Assembly: GCF_009914755.1 (NCBI RefSeq)
Contig: NC_060934.1
DNA from: the human T2T-CHM13v2.0 reference genome, Homo sapiens
Strand: one strand, 5' to 3'
DNA: 64,000 nt
This document shows positions 43,898 through 57,587 of the stretch, piece after piece. Within the stretch, counting starts at the first letter, position 1. The number at the start of each line of letters is the position of its first letter. Under the pieces are notes generated by a model. The model was not told the origin of the DNA. It did not search any database and worked only from the letters and a program-made list of their open reading frames with translations. The position numbers were made by a program, and so were the translations under genes.

Positions 43898-46215
43898 TGA
43901 ATAAAGGCTTTTTGACAATGGTCCAGGCAGCCCTAGGTTTTAGATATGTTTTTCTACAGTTATAGAAGGGCACTCTTGTCCTGGCATTGATGAGAACAGT
44001 ATCACATGTGTTGGCCTTATGTATTTAAGTTTTAGGTAAGATTGTATTTGAAAAGTGAGCTCTAGTGCAAATAAAAACTTTGAAAACTATTAAATGAAAT
44101 GAGCCTTAAGGAGTCTTTTAACTTTTTAAGAAATATTACGTTTTACAGCACCTCTTCTTTAGTTTCACCCATGGAAGCACCAGATGAAGAACCTTCCCAG
44201 AGAACAATGTGTGTGACATGTCCATCCATTCTCCCTTCTCCTAAGAGTTTGGACAGCTAATCCGTTCACCGTCTAAAGGAGGGAAGGTAGAGGGTTAGAT
44301 TCTGCTGCTGGATCTTTTTTATTAAACAATTGTCATATAACTGTGGTTCTCATGGATAAAACCACTCTCTCAAAATTAGGAAAAATCAAAATCTGTCTTT
44401 CATGAATTTACTTTCTCTTTCCACATATAATACTCTCAGTTGTCAGAACCACCAGGCCTCTAGATATGAAGATTTTCAGTGAGATTAAATAATGTAATGG
44501 AAGGGGTTAGGGAATCTGTCGGCCCCCCAACCCCACCCCATCCAACCTTGTCACTTTTGACGCTATGTGTTCACAGCTGCCTTGAGGGCCTACACTACGG
44601 ATACCGCATGTCCTTAAGGTTACTTTTATGCTTTTATCTTTTTGACCTTTTGATACAAGACAGGAATTTATCTTTAATATTTTTAAAGAATATTAAAAAT
44701 CATTCTTTTAGTACTTCTCACCTTTCTTTCCTTCTTCTCTTCTCTTTTTAAACAGCTTTGTTGAGATATAATTCAAATGCCATACAATTCACCCATTTAA
44801 AATATATAATTGGGAGGTTAAAGTATACAATTGAGAGGTTTTTAGTATATCTGCAGATATGTGCAACAATCACCACATATCTGCAACCACCACCACTCAA
44901 TTTTAGAACATTTTTATCACCTCAAAAAGAAACTTTGTACCCTTTAAATACAAACCCCCATCCCTCACTCCAACTTCCAGCCCTATGCAACCAAGTTAAC
45001 TTTAATCCATCCCTATAGATTGCCTATTTTCAACATTATGTGAATAGAATCATATGATATGTGGCCTTTTGTGACTTTCTCCTTTCACATCATATAGTGC
45101 TTTTTACAGTTGATTCATGTTGTAGCATGCATCAGTATTAGATTTCATTAGCCAAATAATCCCATTATATAAATATATGATATTTTGTTTATCCATTTAT
45201 CAGTTAATAAACATTTGGGCTGTTTCCATCTTTCAGCAATTATGAACAATGTTACTTTCAACATTTGGGTACATGTTTGTGTGTCAATGTATGTTTTCAT
45301 TTATCTCAGGCATATACCTAGGAGTAAAATTGATATATTATATAACACCATGTTTGATAAATTGACTTTTTAATAGCTAGACTGTTTTCCAAAGTGGTTG
45401 CACCATTTTACATTCTGACCAGCAGTGTAAGAAGGTTCTGATTTCTCCACATCCTCACCAAAACTTTTTGTAATCTGACTTGTTCATTCCAGCTGTCCTA
45501 ATGATTGTGAAGGAGTGTCTCGTTGTGATTTTGATTTGCTGTTCCTGAATGATGACTAATTAAAATGGGCATCTGTTTATGTGCTTATTTACCATTTCTT
45601 ATTTCTTTTTGGAGAAACAGCTTTCTATTCAGATGCTTTGACCATTTTTAGTTGGGTTACTTGCTTTTTCATTACTGATTTGTAAGAGCTCATTATATAT
45701 TTTGGATACAAGTCCATTATTAGATATCTGATTTGAAAAAAAATTCTCCAATTCTGTAGGTTTTATTTTTCAGTTTCTTGACAATATGCTTTGAAGGACT
45801 AAGTTTTTAATATTGATGAAGTTCAATTTATCTATTTTTGATGCTCATGTTTTTGGTGTCATATCTAAGAATCATTTACCAAATTCAATGTCATGTGTAT
45901 TTAGCCCTGTTTTCTACTAATAGCTCTAGAGTTTTAGCTCCCACATTTAGTTCTTGATTGATTTTAGTTTTTGTATAGTATGCAAAGTAAGGGTCCATCT
46001 TCATTCTTTTTATTTTGCATGTGACTATCCCGTTGTCCCATTACTATGTTGAAAAGGCTAGTCTTTTCCAAATAATAGTCTTGCTGCCCTTGTTGAAAAT
46101 CAATTGACCGTTCATATACGGATTTATTTTTGGACTCTCAATTCTATTCCACGTATCTATATGTCTATCTTTACACCAGTTAAAGATAGACATTTAATTT
46201 AATTATTTAAATTAA

Positions 46216-46575
<360 letters not shown>

Positions 46576-47031
46576 TAGTAGAAAGTTTTGAAATCAGAAA
46601 GCCTGAGTCCTCCCACATCATTCTTTTTTAGGATTGTTTTAGCTATTCCAGGTCCCTTGTCAAGTCCATTTGAATTTAAAATCACCTTTTAAATTTTTGC
46701 AAAGAAGTTAACTGGGATTCTGATAGTGATTATGTCAAAAGTTGTAGAATGTTTGGAAAAGTATTGCCATCTTAACAAGGTTAATTCTTCTAACCCATGT
46801 ATTTTATTTAAATTTTCATTGACTTTTAAATAATGTTTTTGTATTATTTGATTATAAGTTTTGAACATCTTTTGTTAAATTTAATCTTAAATATTTTATT
46901 CATTTTGATACTATTGTGAATTAAATTGTTTTTCTAATTTCATTTTCAGATTGTGTCTTTCAGATGTATAGAAATACAATAGATAAATAATTCTGGCCAT
47001 TAACCTTTTATGCTTCAACCTTGCTGAACAC

Positions 47032-47322
47032 TTTTTTTTTCTTTTCTTTTTTTTTTTTTTTTTTGAGACAGGGTTTCACTCTTATTGCCCAGGCTGGAGT
47101 GCAACGGCACAATCTCAGCTCACCACAACCTCCGCCTGCTGGGTTCAAGCAATTCTTCTGCCTCAGCCTGACAAGTAGCTGAGATTACAGGCATGCGCCA
47201 CCACACCTAATTTTGTATTTTTAGTAGAGACAAGTTTTCTCCATGTTGGTCAGGCTGGTGTCGAACTCCTGACCTCAGGTAATCCGCCTGCCTGGGCCTT
47301 TCAAAGTGCTGGGATTATAAGC
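47032..47322 (-). mobile_element. AluSp-like
   Basis: Reverse Alu with T tail; ttctccatgttggtcagg diagnostic. Confidence 0.9.
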
Positions 47323-47442
47323 CACATTTTTAATTCTTAGTTTTTCAGTAGATTCTTGAAATTCTTAATATAGAAGATTATGTATTTTTGGTTTCTCTAT
47401 TCCTCCTTTACTGGTTTATTTGCATTAAGAAAATATTTTCTG

Positions 47443-47730
47443 GCACTTTCAGAGGCCGAGGCAGGTGGATTACCTGAGGTTGGGAGTTTGAGACCAGCCT
47501 GACCAACATGGAGAAACCCCGTCTCTACTAAAAATACAAAATTAGCCAGACGTGGTGGTGTATGCCTGTAATCCCAGCTACTTGGGAGGCTGAGGCAAGA
47601 GAATAGCGTGAACCCAGGAGGCGGAAGTTGTGGTGAGCTGAGATTGCACAATTGTACTCCAGCCTGGGCAACAAAAGCAAAACTCAGTCTCAAAAAAAAA
47701 AAAAAAAAAAAGAAAGAAAGAAAAGAAAAA
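47443..47730 (+). mobile_element. AluSp-like, 5'-truncated; right arm of the inverted duplication
   Basis: Starts gcactttcagaggcc; contains cctgaccaacatggagaaacc; A / (GAAA)n tail. Confidence 0.9.
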
Positions 47731-48970
47731 AACTCTGATGTACTATTTTAATTTAATTAATGATATTTGATATTTCCCCTCCAGTTTTTTAGTTCTTTTT
47801 TTAGTGGTTGCTCTAGGTTTTACCACATACATCTTATCAGAATCACCCTCATATTTGTAATAGCCCAATTCAAGTGTAATCTAATACTACTGTCTATTCC
47901 CTTTTCTACCTATGGTATTACTTTTATGTATATTACAGCTATTAATGTTGCAAACTCAACAATACATTGTTATAATTATTATTTTAGCATCTGCAGTCAT
48001 TTCTTAGCTTATTGAAGTTTTGCTTTCACTTGTCCTCTTTGTGGTATTACTGGCAAATACCTTAACATAGATTACATTTTTATATGTTGGAAGCTAAACA
48101 ATATTTATATACATGTTATTTTATACAATTGATTTTTAAATCAGTTAAGTGAAGAAAAGCATACATTTTTACTGTCTTTTATATTACATAATAATTTTTA
48201 TCATTTTGTGTGTGTTTGTATTATAATTACCATCTGGGCTCCTTTGCTTTCAGTCTGAAGAACTTCCTCTAGTTTTTCTTGTAAGGTCTGCTAGAAATAA
48301 ATTATTTCAGCTTTTGTTTATCTGGAAAAGAATTTTGCATTTCGCTTTCATTTCTGAAAGAGAGCTTTGCTGAATAGAGGATTATTCATGCACAGAATAT
48401 TTCTTTGAACATTTTGAATATGTTATCCCACTGCTTTCTATTGTTTCTGCAGAGATGTCAGCTGTTAATCTTATTGAGGTTCCCGTGTAAGTGATGCATT
48501 TTCTCTTGCTACTTTCAAGATATTCTCCCTAGCTTTGACTTTCAGCATTTTTAGTACAATATGTCTATTTGTGGGTCTCTTTACATTTGTTCTACTTGGA
48601 TTTTGTTGAGCTTCCTGGATGTGTAAGTTATTGTTGTATAATAAATTTGGGAATTTTTCAGCCATTATTTCTTTGAATATTTTTCTTCTCTTTTCTCTCT
48701 CTTCTTTCCTGGTACTCTCATTATGCATTTGTTGGTGCACTTAATTTTCTCTGACATTTCTCTGAGGTTTTTATTTCATTTTTCTTCACCATTTTTGTTC
48801 AATTGGCTTGGCTTACATAGTCTCTACGGACCTATCTTTAAATCAGTTAATTCTTTCTTTGGCCAGGCCAAATCTATTGTTGAGCCTCTCTAGTATTTTT
48901 TTTATTTCAGCAATTATACTTTTAAAGACAAGAATTTTCATTTTTAAAAATAATTTTCCTTTACTAATAT

Positions 48971-49349
48971 TGTATTTGTTCATTCTTGCATTCTTATAAA
49001 GGACTACCTGAGATTGGGTAATTTATAAAGAAAAGAGGTTTAATGGGCTCATGGTTCCACAGGCTGTACAGGAAGCATGACTAGGGACACCTCAGGAAAC
49101 TTACAATCATGGCAGAAGATGAAGAGGAAGCAGTCATGTCCTGCATGACTGGAGCAGGAGAAAGGGGTGAGGAGGTGACACACACTTTTAAACAACCAGA
49201 TCTCATGAGACCTCACTCAATATCATGAGAAAAGCAAGGGGGACATCCGCTTACAGGATCCAGTCATCTCTCACCTGGCCCCAGCTCCAACATCAGGGAT
49301 TATAATTTGACATAAGCTTTGGGTGGGGACACAAATAAAAAGCACATCA
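48971..49349 (-). mobile_element. MaLR solo LTR, MSTA-type
   Basis: tgtatttgttcattcttgcatt...ggggacacaaat..catca; TSD aatat / gatat. Confidence 0.85.
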
Positions 49350-49589
49350 GATATTTTCTCTTTGGTGTGATATTGTTATCCTAGCTTTCCTTATTTTTTA
49401 TTAGGCTTTCTTTTAGTTCTCTGAATATATTATAATGGCTACTTAGAAATCTTTCTTTAAGTCCAATATCTTACGCTTTCACAGGCAGTTTCTGTTACTT
49501 ACATTTTTCATATGTGTAAGTCATAATGTCTTGTTCCTTTGTATGCCTCATAATTTTTTAATTTACTTATTTATTTATTTATTTAACAA

Positions 49590-50071
49590 AACCATGGTTT
49601 AGGGCTTATGGAGGCTACAAGATTTACAACTTTCCCAATTGCTCCTACAGATAGCATCACTATTGTAAAACCTATGATTGGTGTTTGAGGTATTTTTCAG
49701 ACCCTTAATTCTGATGCAAAAGCTGGTGCCACTTGGAGCAGTAAACCATACCGAGAAACTGACTCACCTGATCTTGTGATGCCCCCAACCCAGGAACTGA
49801 CTCAGCAGAATATGAGAGCTTTGACCCCTTATTATTTTATCCCTGACCTAGCCAATTAGCCTTCTCCATCCCCTAGTGCCCTGCCTGCCAAACTATACTT
49901 GAAAAACCCTCACCTCAGAATTCTCCAGGAGGCAGATTTGACAAATATTTCCTGTCCCTCTGCTTGGCTGACCCTGCCATTATTTAACTCTTTCTTTGCT
50001 ACAAAACCGTCTGCTCTCAGTGCATTGGCTTTTCTGGGCAGTAGACAAGAAGAGTCTATTGAGTTGTTACA
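49590..50071 (+). mobile_element. ERV1 LTR8-like, 3' portion only
   Basis: cccaggaactgactcagc, aaaaaccct.acctc, 3' end ..gggcagtagacaagaag...gttgttaca. Confidence 0.65.
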
Positions 50072-50450
50072 AACCTATGGCTTTAGTTGTTACCTATGTG
50101 CTGATGAATCACAACTTTTTATTTCCAGATCAGACCTTTCCTTTGATCTCCAGACCCAAATATTTAACTGTTTGTCTCATCACTTCCAATTCAACATGAT
50201 CAAGTCCTAACTCGTGACCTTGCTTCTACTCCCCCCAATAAATATCTAGACCTTGGAAAGTCTTTCTACTGCAGTGAATAGTTTCTTTGTAAGTATGAAA
50301 TTCTTACCTCCTATTCCCTCAGTCCTTCACTATGTTTAAAATCAAGTTCTACTTATTTTATCTCAGCTGTGAATATCTCAAATGTATTCACTTCTCTACA
50401 TTTTTTTCCTGCCACTCTGGAGTGTTACATCTTCCCTGTACAATAGCCAT

Positions 50451-50857
50451 TGTGTTAGTTTGCTAGGGCTGCTATAGCAAAATACTACAGACTAGATGGC
50501 CTAAACAAGAGAGATTTATTTTCTCACAGTTCTGAAGGCTAGAAGTCCAACATCAAGGTGTTGGTAGGCTTAGTTTCCTCTGAAGCTTCTCTCCTTGGCT
50601 TGGAGGTGGCGCTCTTCTCTCTGTAACCTCACATGGTCATCCCTAGTGTCTCACATGCATTCCTAATGTCTTGTCTTGTTTCCAAATTTGCCATTCTTAT
50701 AAATATCCAAGTCAAATTGAATTAGACCCTATCCTAACAAGCTCATTTTAACTTACTGCTTTAGAAGTCCTGTCTCCAAATACAGTCACATTCTGAGGTA
50801 CTGGGGGTTAGGGCTTCAACATATCAATTTTGAGGGGACACAGTTCAGCCCATAACA
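50451..50857 (-). mobile_element. MaLR solo LTR, MLT1A/B-type, inside L2 remnants
   Basis: tgtgttagtttgctagggctgctatagc...gaggggacacagttcagcccataaca. Confidence 0.85.
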
Positions 50858-51399
50858 GCTAGCTAGCCCATGTCCCACTCTATTCCACCTGTCAACCCAC
50901 CTCCACCAGTCTGTACTCCAAGTTGTAGTCAGGGTGATCTTTAAGGAAATGGAAATTTAATGAACAATGGATGCACATAGAGCCTTTCCATGGTTTCTAT
51001 TTACCTTAGGATCAAAATATAACCCTCAGCGAGACTTACAAATGTGCCAGTATAGCAGTACCATTCTTAATATAGTCAACTCTGAAGTTTGACTGTTAGA
51101 TTAAAATCCTGGTTTACCTATTGACCAGTCCTTAACTTGATAAGTTAGTTATTTGTCTTAGCCTAAATTTTTCATCTAAAAAGCAAAGTTTTTCTTTTAT
51201 TGTATGTTAATATTATTTTTGAAAATTTCTTGGCACTGGTTAAATAACATAATCCGTGTAAGGTGCTTAGCACAGAGTAAAAGTTTTAAAACAGTCATTT
51301 ATTATTATTTAGTTCTATATGTACTTGCTTATATTTTTATCTTATATCTTTTTCCTCTTTATTTCTGCCATTCTACCATATTCACCTTATTTTAATTCT

Positions 51400-52240
51400 T
51401 AGAAAGATATGCCAGAATACATTATTTTTGCTTATTTCAGAATGTCATGTAAATGGAATCATATGGCATATAACCTTTCGAGACTGGGTTCTTTCATTTA
51501 GCATAATGCATTTAAGATTCAGCCAAGTTGTCACATGTATAAATAGTTTGTTCATTTGCATATCTGGGTAGTATGTCATTGTCATTTGTACCACAGTTTG
51601 TTTATTCATTTACCCACTGAAGGCCATTTGGTGTGTTTTCAGTTTCTGGTGATTATACATAATATTACTAAAAGCATCTGTGTACAGGGTTTTGTGTGAG
51701 CAGAAGCTTTTATTGCTCTAGTATAATTACCTAGAATTAGGACTGCTGGGTCATATGGTAGGTATGGATGTAACTATGTGGGAAACTGCCAAACTTTTCT
51801 GAACTGACTACTATACCATTTTTTACTCCCACCAGCAAGGTATTTTTTCAAGTCATTCTAATATGTGTAATGGTATCTCACTGTGGTTTAAATTTGAATT
51901 TCCCTAATGACTAATGTTGAGCATATGACATTCATTTGCCATCTATAACTTCTTTGGTGAATCGTCTATCCAAATATTTTGACATTTTTATTGGGTCCCT
52001 TTTATTGTGGAGATTTTATAATTCTTTATATATTTTGATATATGTTGCAGGTATTTTTTTCCCAATTTGTGGCTTATTTTCTAACAGGGTCTTTAAAAGA
52101 GCAAAGGTTTTTAGTTTTGATGATTTTGATTCCATTTTATCATTTTTAAAAATCAATCATTATTTTGGTGTTGTCTCTAAGAGCTCTTTGCCTACCCAAG
52201 GTCACGAGGCTTTCCTGCTATGTTTTTCTCTAAGGGTCCA
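51400..52240 (-). mobile_element. Old L1ME-type fragment
   Basis: gaatgtcatgtaaatggaatcata, gctgggtcatatggtag and atggtatctcactgtggttt motifs. Confidence 0.7.
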
Positions 52241-52640
52241 ATTATGTTTTAATCTTAATTATTCATTACTCTTCAGGTCATATGTCACTCTCTCAAGGAA
52301 GCCCTCTCTGACTACACAGACAAGATGAGATTCCTGTGTTATACATCTTTAGAGTGTTTTTTACATTTCCTCCACATATATCCTAGTCTATAATTATACA
52401 TGTTGTATGATTATTTGCTGTTGTATGGTAGACAACAGTGTCTACCAACACTGTTGACTATAGCTTCTTGGGGTCTGTTTCTGCTTACCATTATATCCTT
52501 AAGTATAGCACAGCTTATTTCACAGGAACTGAATGAATGCATGAAAAGAAGAATAAGCACATGTGTAGGTTGCACTATATACCATAGAGGACCGTATGGA
52601 AAGAAAGCTAGTGTTGCTGTCTCAAGTCCCTTGGCTACTT

Positions 52641-52704
52641 GAGCCCAAAAATTTCAGAGCCCAACAATATCAGAGCCCAACAATTTCAGAGCCCAACAAT
52701 ATCA
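52641..52704. repeat. Minisatellite, 4 x 16 bp (gagcccaacaatWtca)
   Basis: Units start at 52641, 52657, 52673 and 52689. Confidence 0.95.
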
Positions 52705-53025
52705 GAAAGGAATGAGGTCAAACTGAAGTTTTTATCACATTTTTGCTCTAGGGCCCATTCTGGAGGATAAAACATGACAAAACCACAGAAGAAATGGGAG
52801 AAAGCTAACTTTTTTTAGAGCCTAATATGTCTCAGTCACTTCATGTGGGAAAAAAAAGCTGAGACTCAAGGGAGTTGGCCTTGACATTGACCAAGGTCAC
52901 TATTCCAATAAATTGAGAAACTGGGACACAGCCTGAAACATCAATCTAAACCAAACTCAATACTTTCTTCTTATTCTGTGCTGCTTCTCCCTACCCCACC
53001 CCAGCCAATAAAGACATTTGGTTAA

Positions 53026-53459
<434 letters not shown>

Positions 53460-54261
53460 CAAAAAGATAAAATATCTTAATAGAAAGGGTATAATTTTCT
53501 ATTGCCATACCTTCTAGGCTGTATGCTTCCATAGTCAATCTGAGTTATCTAATGATGGAAATATCTTGGAGTCATGGCAGAAGGTAAGACTGTGGAAAAG
53601 CTGCTTCAAATGATGAGAACATGTACAAACTCTTAAACCTTATATAAACTATTGAATCTTATATAAATTTGTTAAAATGTAATACCCACTTCATAGGATG
53701 ATTGTGTGGAATAAGGTTATGAGGCACGTAAAGAAAAAGCATTAATGCATCACACATACAGAGCTAAGCAAATGAAAGTTTTCTTTACCCTTTCCTCAGG
53801 ACAAAAGGGGCTAATTTTACTGATAAAACGGCTGTAAGAAAGGCTCACAGGATGGATAAATGAAGGACTGACTTGCTAGTCCCTCAGCCAATTTCTAACA
53901 CATCATTGAGAATTTCTGCTAAGAAGCCTCACTTGTTACCATGAGGCTATAGCAAGTCCAGCAATGAGAAGGAAGCTTCCTTCTAAGGTTGAAAAGACAT
54001 TATTGCTCAGGAGTCTTCAGGCCATTTCAGTGTTCCAAGCCCAAGTCTTATTTATATCCTAGGGAAGGGTAGAGACCATAGGTGTTTCTAGGTATGGTTT
54101 TCCAGGCAGGAGGTTCAAACACCAACTCAACCATGGCTCAGTTCTGTTCAGGGTCAAGTCCTCTTGAGAGGGAAAGATACACAAGTTCTCCATATTGTCT
54201 GCTTTGCAAACACTTAATGCTTGGGGGTACTATCTACAGTCTGGCATAAGCATTCTAAGCC

Positions 54262-54560
54262 AGTGCTTCTCAAACATTAGGTACACAAGAATTATCTGAG
54301 AATATTGTTAACAAGCAGATTCTTATTCAGACCAAGTCTGCATTTTTAACAAGCTCCTTGGATCACCCTTTGCATATCAAATCTCTAAGCCACTGATTCT
54401 TAAAGTTTAGTGAGCATCACAATCACTTGTAGGTTGTTAAAACAGATTGTTGGGCCCCATTCTCTGAGTATGTAATTCAATTGGTTTCAGACAGAGCCCC
54501 TGGATGTGCATTTCTAATGAGTTCTCAGTTAAGGCTGATATTGTTCTTTTAGAACCACTG
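54262..54560. mobile_element. Two adjacent MER5-type hAT-Charlie MITEs
   Basis: cagtgcttctcaaac...gtctgcatttttaacaagctcc, then cactgattcttaaagtttagtgagcatcacaatcac...tgcatttctaa...agaaccactg. Confidence 0.7.
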
Positions 54561-57194
54561 CACTAAACCAGACACAAAAAGACCATCATAATGCATAATT
54601 TATTCATATGATTCACCTGAACTAATGTGCCTACACCTGTGCATTTTTCTGTCTTCCTGTGACCACTCTGCTTCTAATTCTACAATTTTTCTTACATCAC
54701 CCTTGTCTTCTCTCTTCCACTTTAGTGCCTCAATTTTCTGACTACTTCAACTTCTAACTGAGAACTTCGTCTCCCTTGCCCAAAACCTACAATGTGGGAG
54801 GGACTGCAGAGAACATGGATACTAAATGGTGTGTTTCACTGGAAGACCATCTTTGCAAACTAGATACCATGTCGCTCCTCTGTCCTAACGAACTAGACTA
54901 GACAATATAATTCAATGAAGACACATCTCAAGAGAGAGTACCATCATATAGTCCTGAAGTTAAAGGTAGAAAGAACACCTAGAAAAAGAAAGAGTAGGCC
55001 AATTCCATCCTACCACCCACCAAGGGCCTTTGTTCCATCCCAATTTTTTAACATTGTTTTCTTCATTTTGTCAGTGATCACTGAGAGGCAAGATGGAGTG
55101 GGGTCAAACAACATATGTCCATTTATTGAATAAAAGTAAAAGTTGTTATTTTCCTTTAACCTGTCCCCCATCCACTGACCCCAGAAGGCTCCTCAAGTGC
55201 AGCCTACAACTTGCTCTGAAATTCCCAGACCTGTCACTGCAGCACCATATGGCTACTGGTAACTATTGAGGGAAGTGACAGACATTTCTACTCGAAGCCT
55301 TTAATGTGGAAGCCCTCTGTTCTGTCAAATCTGTCTGCCCTTAACCTTTCAGTGAAAAGCATGTAGCTCTGTTGACAAGCACCTCCTGTAGAAGAAAAAC
55401 TAAATTTACTCCTACTGCTCCAACTTCTACACTGTGGGTGCCCCATCCCTGAGGCCTCAGGATACAAAATTGGGTGCCATTTCAGGCATATATGCAGGTA
55501 GGCTTCTCTCAAATTGTGTGTACAAACTCAACTGGAGGAGGAATTCTCCGTATCAGAGAAGTATTTCAAAGTGCAATAATATTTAGCTCCCTGATTCCTC
55601 TTAACAATCTTAATTATTCTGCTCCCTGGAGAGTCAAACAGAGTTGGTAATTATAGAAAAGAAAGTGATAAAGATCAACAATTCATTTCCCCCCAAAACA
55701 TTCTCAGACTAGCTGATTAAATCTTTACTAGGATCTCAGGCTTACAGTACCATAATACCAATCTTGAAGGGATTATATATTAATAAAACATATGTTAGTA
55801 ATTCTATAAATAATTAACATTTTGAAATAAGTGACAAACCCCTATATTTCACCTTCTGTGTACCAAGCAGTGTTTTAAATGCCTAATGTATTATAATTAT
55901 TTTAATTCTCAGAATTTAATAAATTTGTCACTATTATTAGTTCTATTTTGTAGAAAGATTAAGTACCTCACCAGGATCACACAACTATTGAGTGCTACAG
56001 GCAGTATTTAAACTCAGCCTCTCTGATTTATTATCTTGTGTATTTTACATCTCCCAAATCACATGCATGTCTTCTACCTGCTTTAGGAGGCAGCGAGTAT
56101 TTTTACATTTTGCAGGTAAGGAAGGAAAGATTGGGAGAAGCTATATGATATCTCAGAGTTTTGTGCAGAACATTTCTGGAGTTAATTCAAGGCCTCTCCT
56201 TATACAACCACTTTAAGGGCACCTGGAGTTTTTAAATGCATGCCACCATCTCCTCTCTGGCACAGAACAGAAGTCATTTCCCAAACGTAGTTTTGTGTCC
56301 TTCTTACCCGCTCCCATCACCCTAACATTTGCCTCTCCAGTTGTAATTTTTGGTTTATTCATCTGTCTCCCACACTAGCTTGTAAATTCCTCTGGGGTAA
56401 GAGGTAATTTTCTCTTTCCCCCATCTTAAAGTGGTTTTCCTGGGTTGTAAACTGTATTAGAAAAGATTGCATTTTCAGCAACTAAGTCTAGTGGAGACAG
56501 TGGAACTCTAGGGTCAGCTGAATCTGGGTGAAATTGTAACTTTTGCAATTTGATATTTCAGTGGTTTGGACTAGAGCCAGACAGGTTATTTTTCCAAATA
56601 GGCCATGTCCAGGTAGTTCCTGATATTTTAAGCATCATGATGACAGTGTCAAGTAATATGTTACATCCTAGACTTAAAAATCTCAATAACTGCAGAGCAG
56701 ATGTGAACTTTTTCTTTCCTCACACTTCCAGGCTCAAGAGCATGGATGCCAAATCTATACTCTCTGGTTGAAATGGAAATGTGTGGGGATTGGCCTAAGT
56801 TTAATTAATGAAAACAGCACAAAAAGAACATGTAAATATTTACGACAACTAAAATTGTAAAGTGTGGTTTAGAGTTGGGGATAGGCTGGCTTTCAGTGAG
56901 GTCAGATGGTGGAAGAGAAGCTCAGAGAGGAGAGGCAAGGGCCACTCACACTGTCTCTCCCTTCTCTGGATCTTCCTTCCTCTTGGGTCACCATCTTTAC
57001 ACTCAAAACACAGAGACTGCAGAAGTCACCGTGTGCAGTGATTAAGCATGATTAATTCCACATCTTATTCACTGGACTGTAGAAAATGTTGCGCATTTAA
57101 GTCTGGCTCAACATGTCACCACTTAATACAAGTCAATTCTTCCTTCACAGTTGAGTCACAGAGTAAAAGACTTGTGAGCACAGGACAAATTAAC

Positions 57195-57223
57195 AGAAAA
57201 AAAAAAGATTTATGATTTTTAAT
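57195..57223 (-). terminator. Candidate poly(A) signal of the retrocopy transcript
   Basis: Minus-strand ATTAAA (plus tttaat 57218-57223) followed by a U-rich tract (plus A10 at 57197-57206), ~370 nt after the inferred stop. Confidence 0.35.
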
Positions 57224-57587
57224 GGTGAAAAGAAAGATAAGAGCTCATTGAGGCAAGTGGAAAAGAGACAGCTGTAGGCAGCTGTGGGCATCCTGCCAGT
57301 TCCAAGACCAGAAGAAAACTGTTCCAGAGAAGGGTCTGCCAGACCAACAGTGAAAGCCAGGGATGGCACCATTGACAATGTGTGCAGATCACTCTTCTAC
57401 TCTCCACAGTTGTACTCCTTAAGTTCAGTATGTTGACATTTGACCAGCCTCATCTGTCTCACATCTCTAAAACACACACACACACAGGTGTGAGCCTTCA
57501 GCTTGATGGAGGAAGACAGAGAGCAACTGAAGTTTATTTGACACAAGTAGAAGAGATTGAGCCTCTCTTCAGCAGAGTAAGGTCCAT

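Noticed and set aside
55448-55461. 14-bp perfect palindrome cctgaggcctcagg (also atatctgcagatat at 44847-44860)
   Set aside because: A few palindromes of this length are expected by chance in 64 kb.
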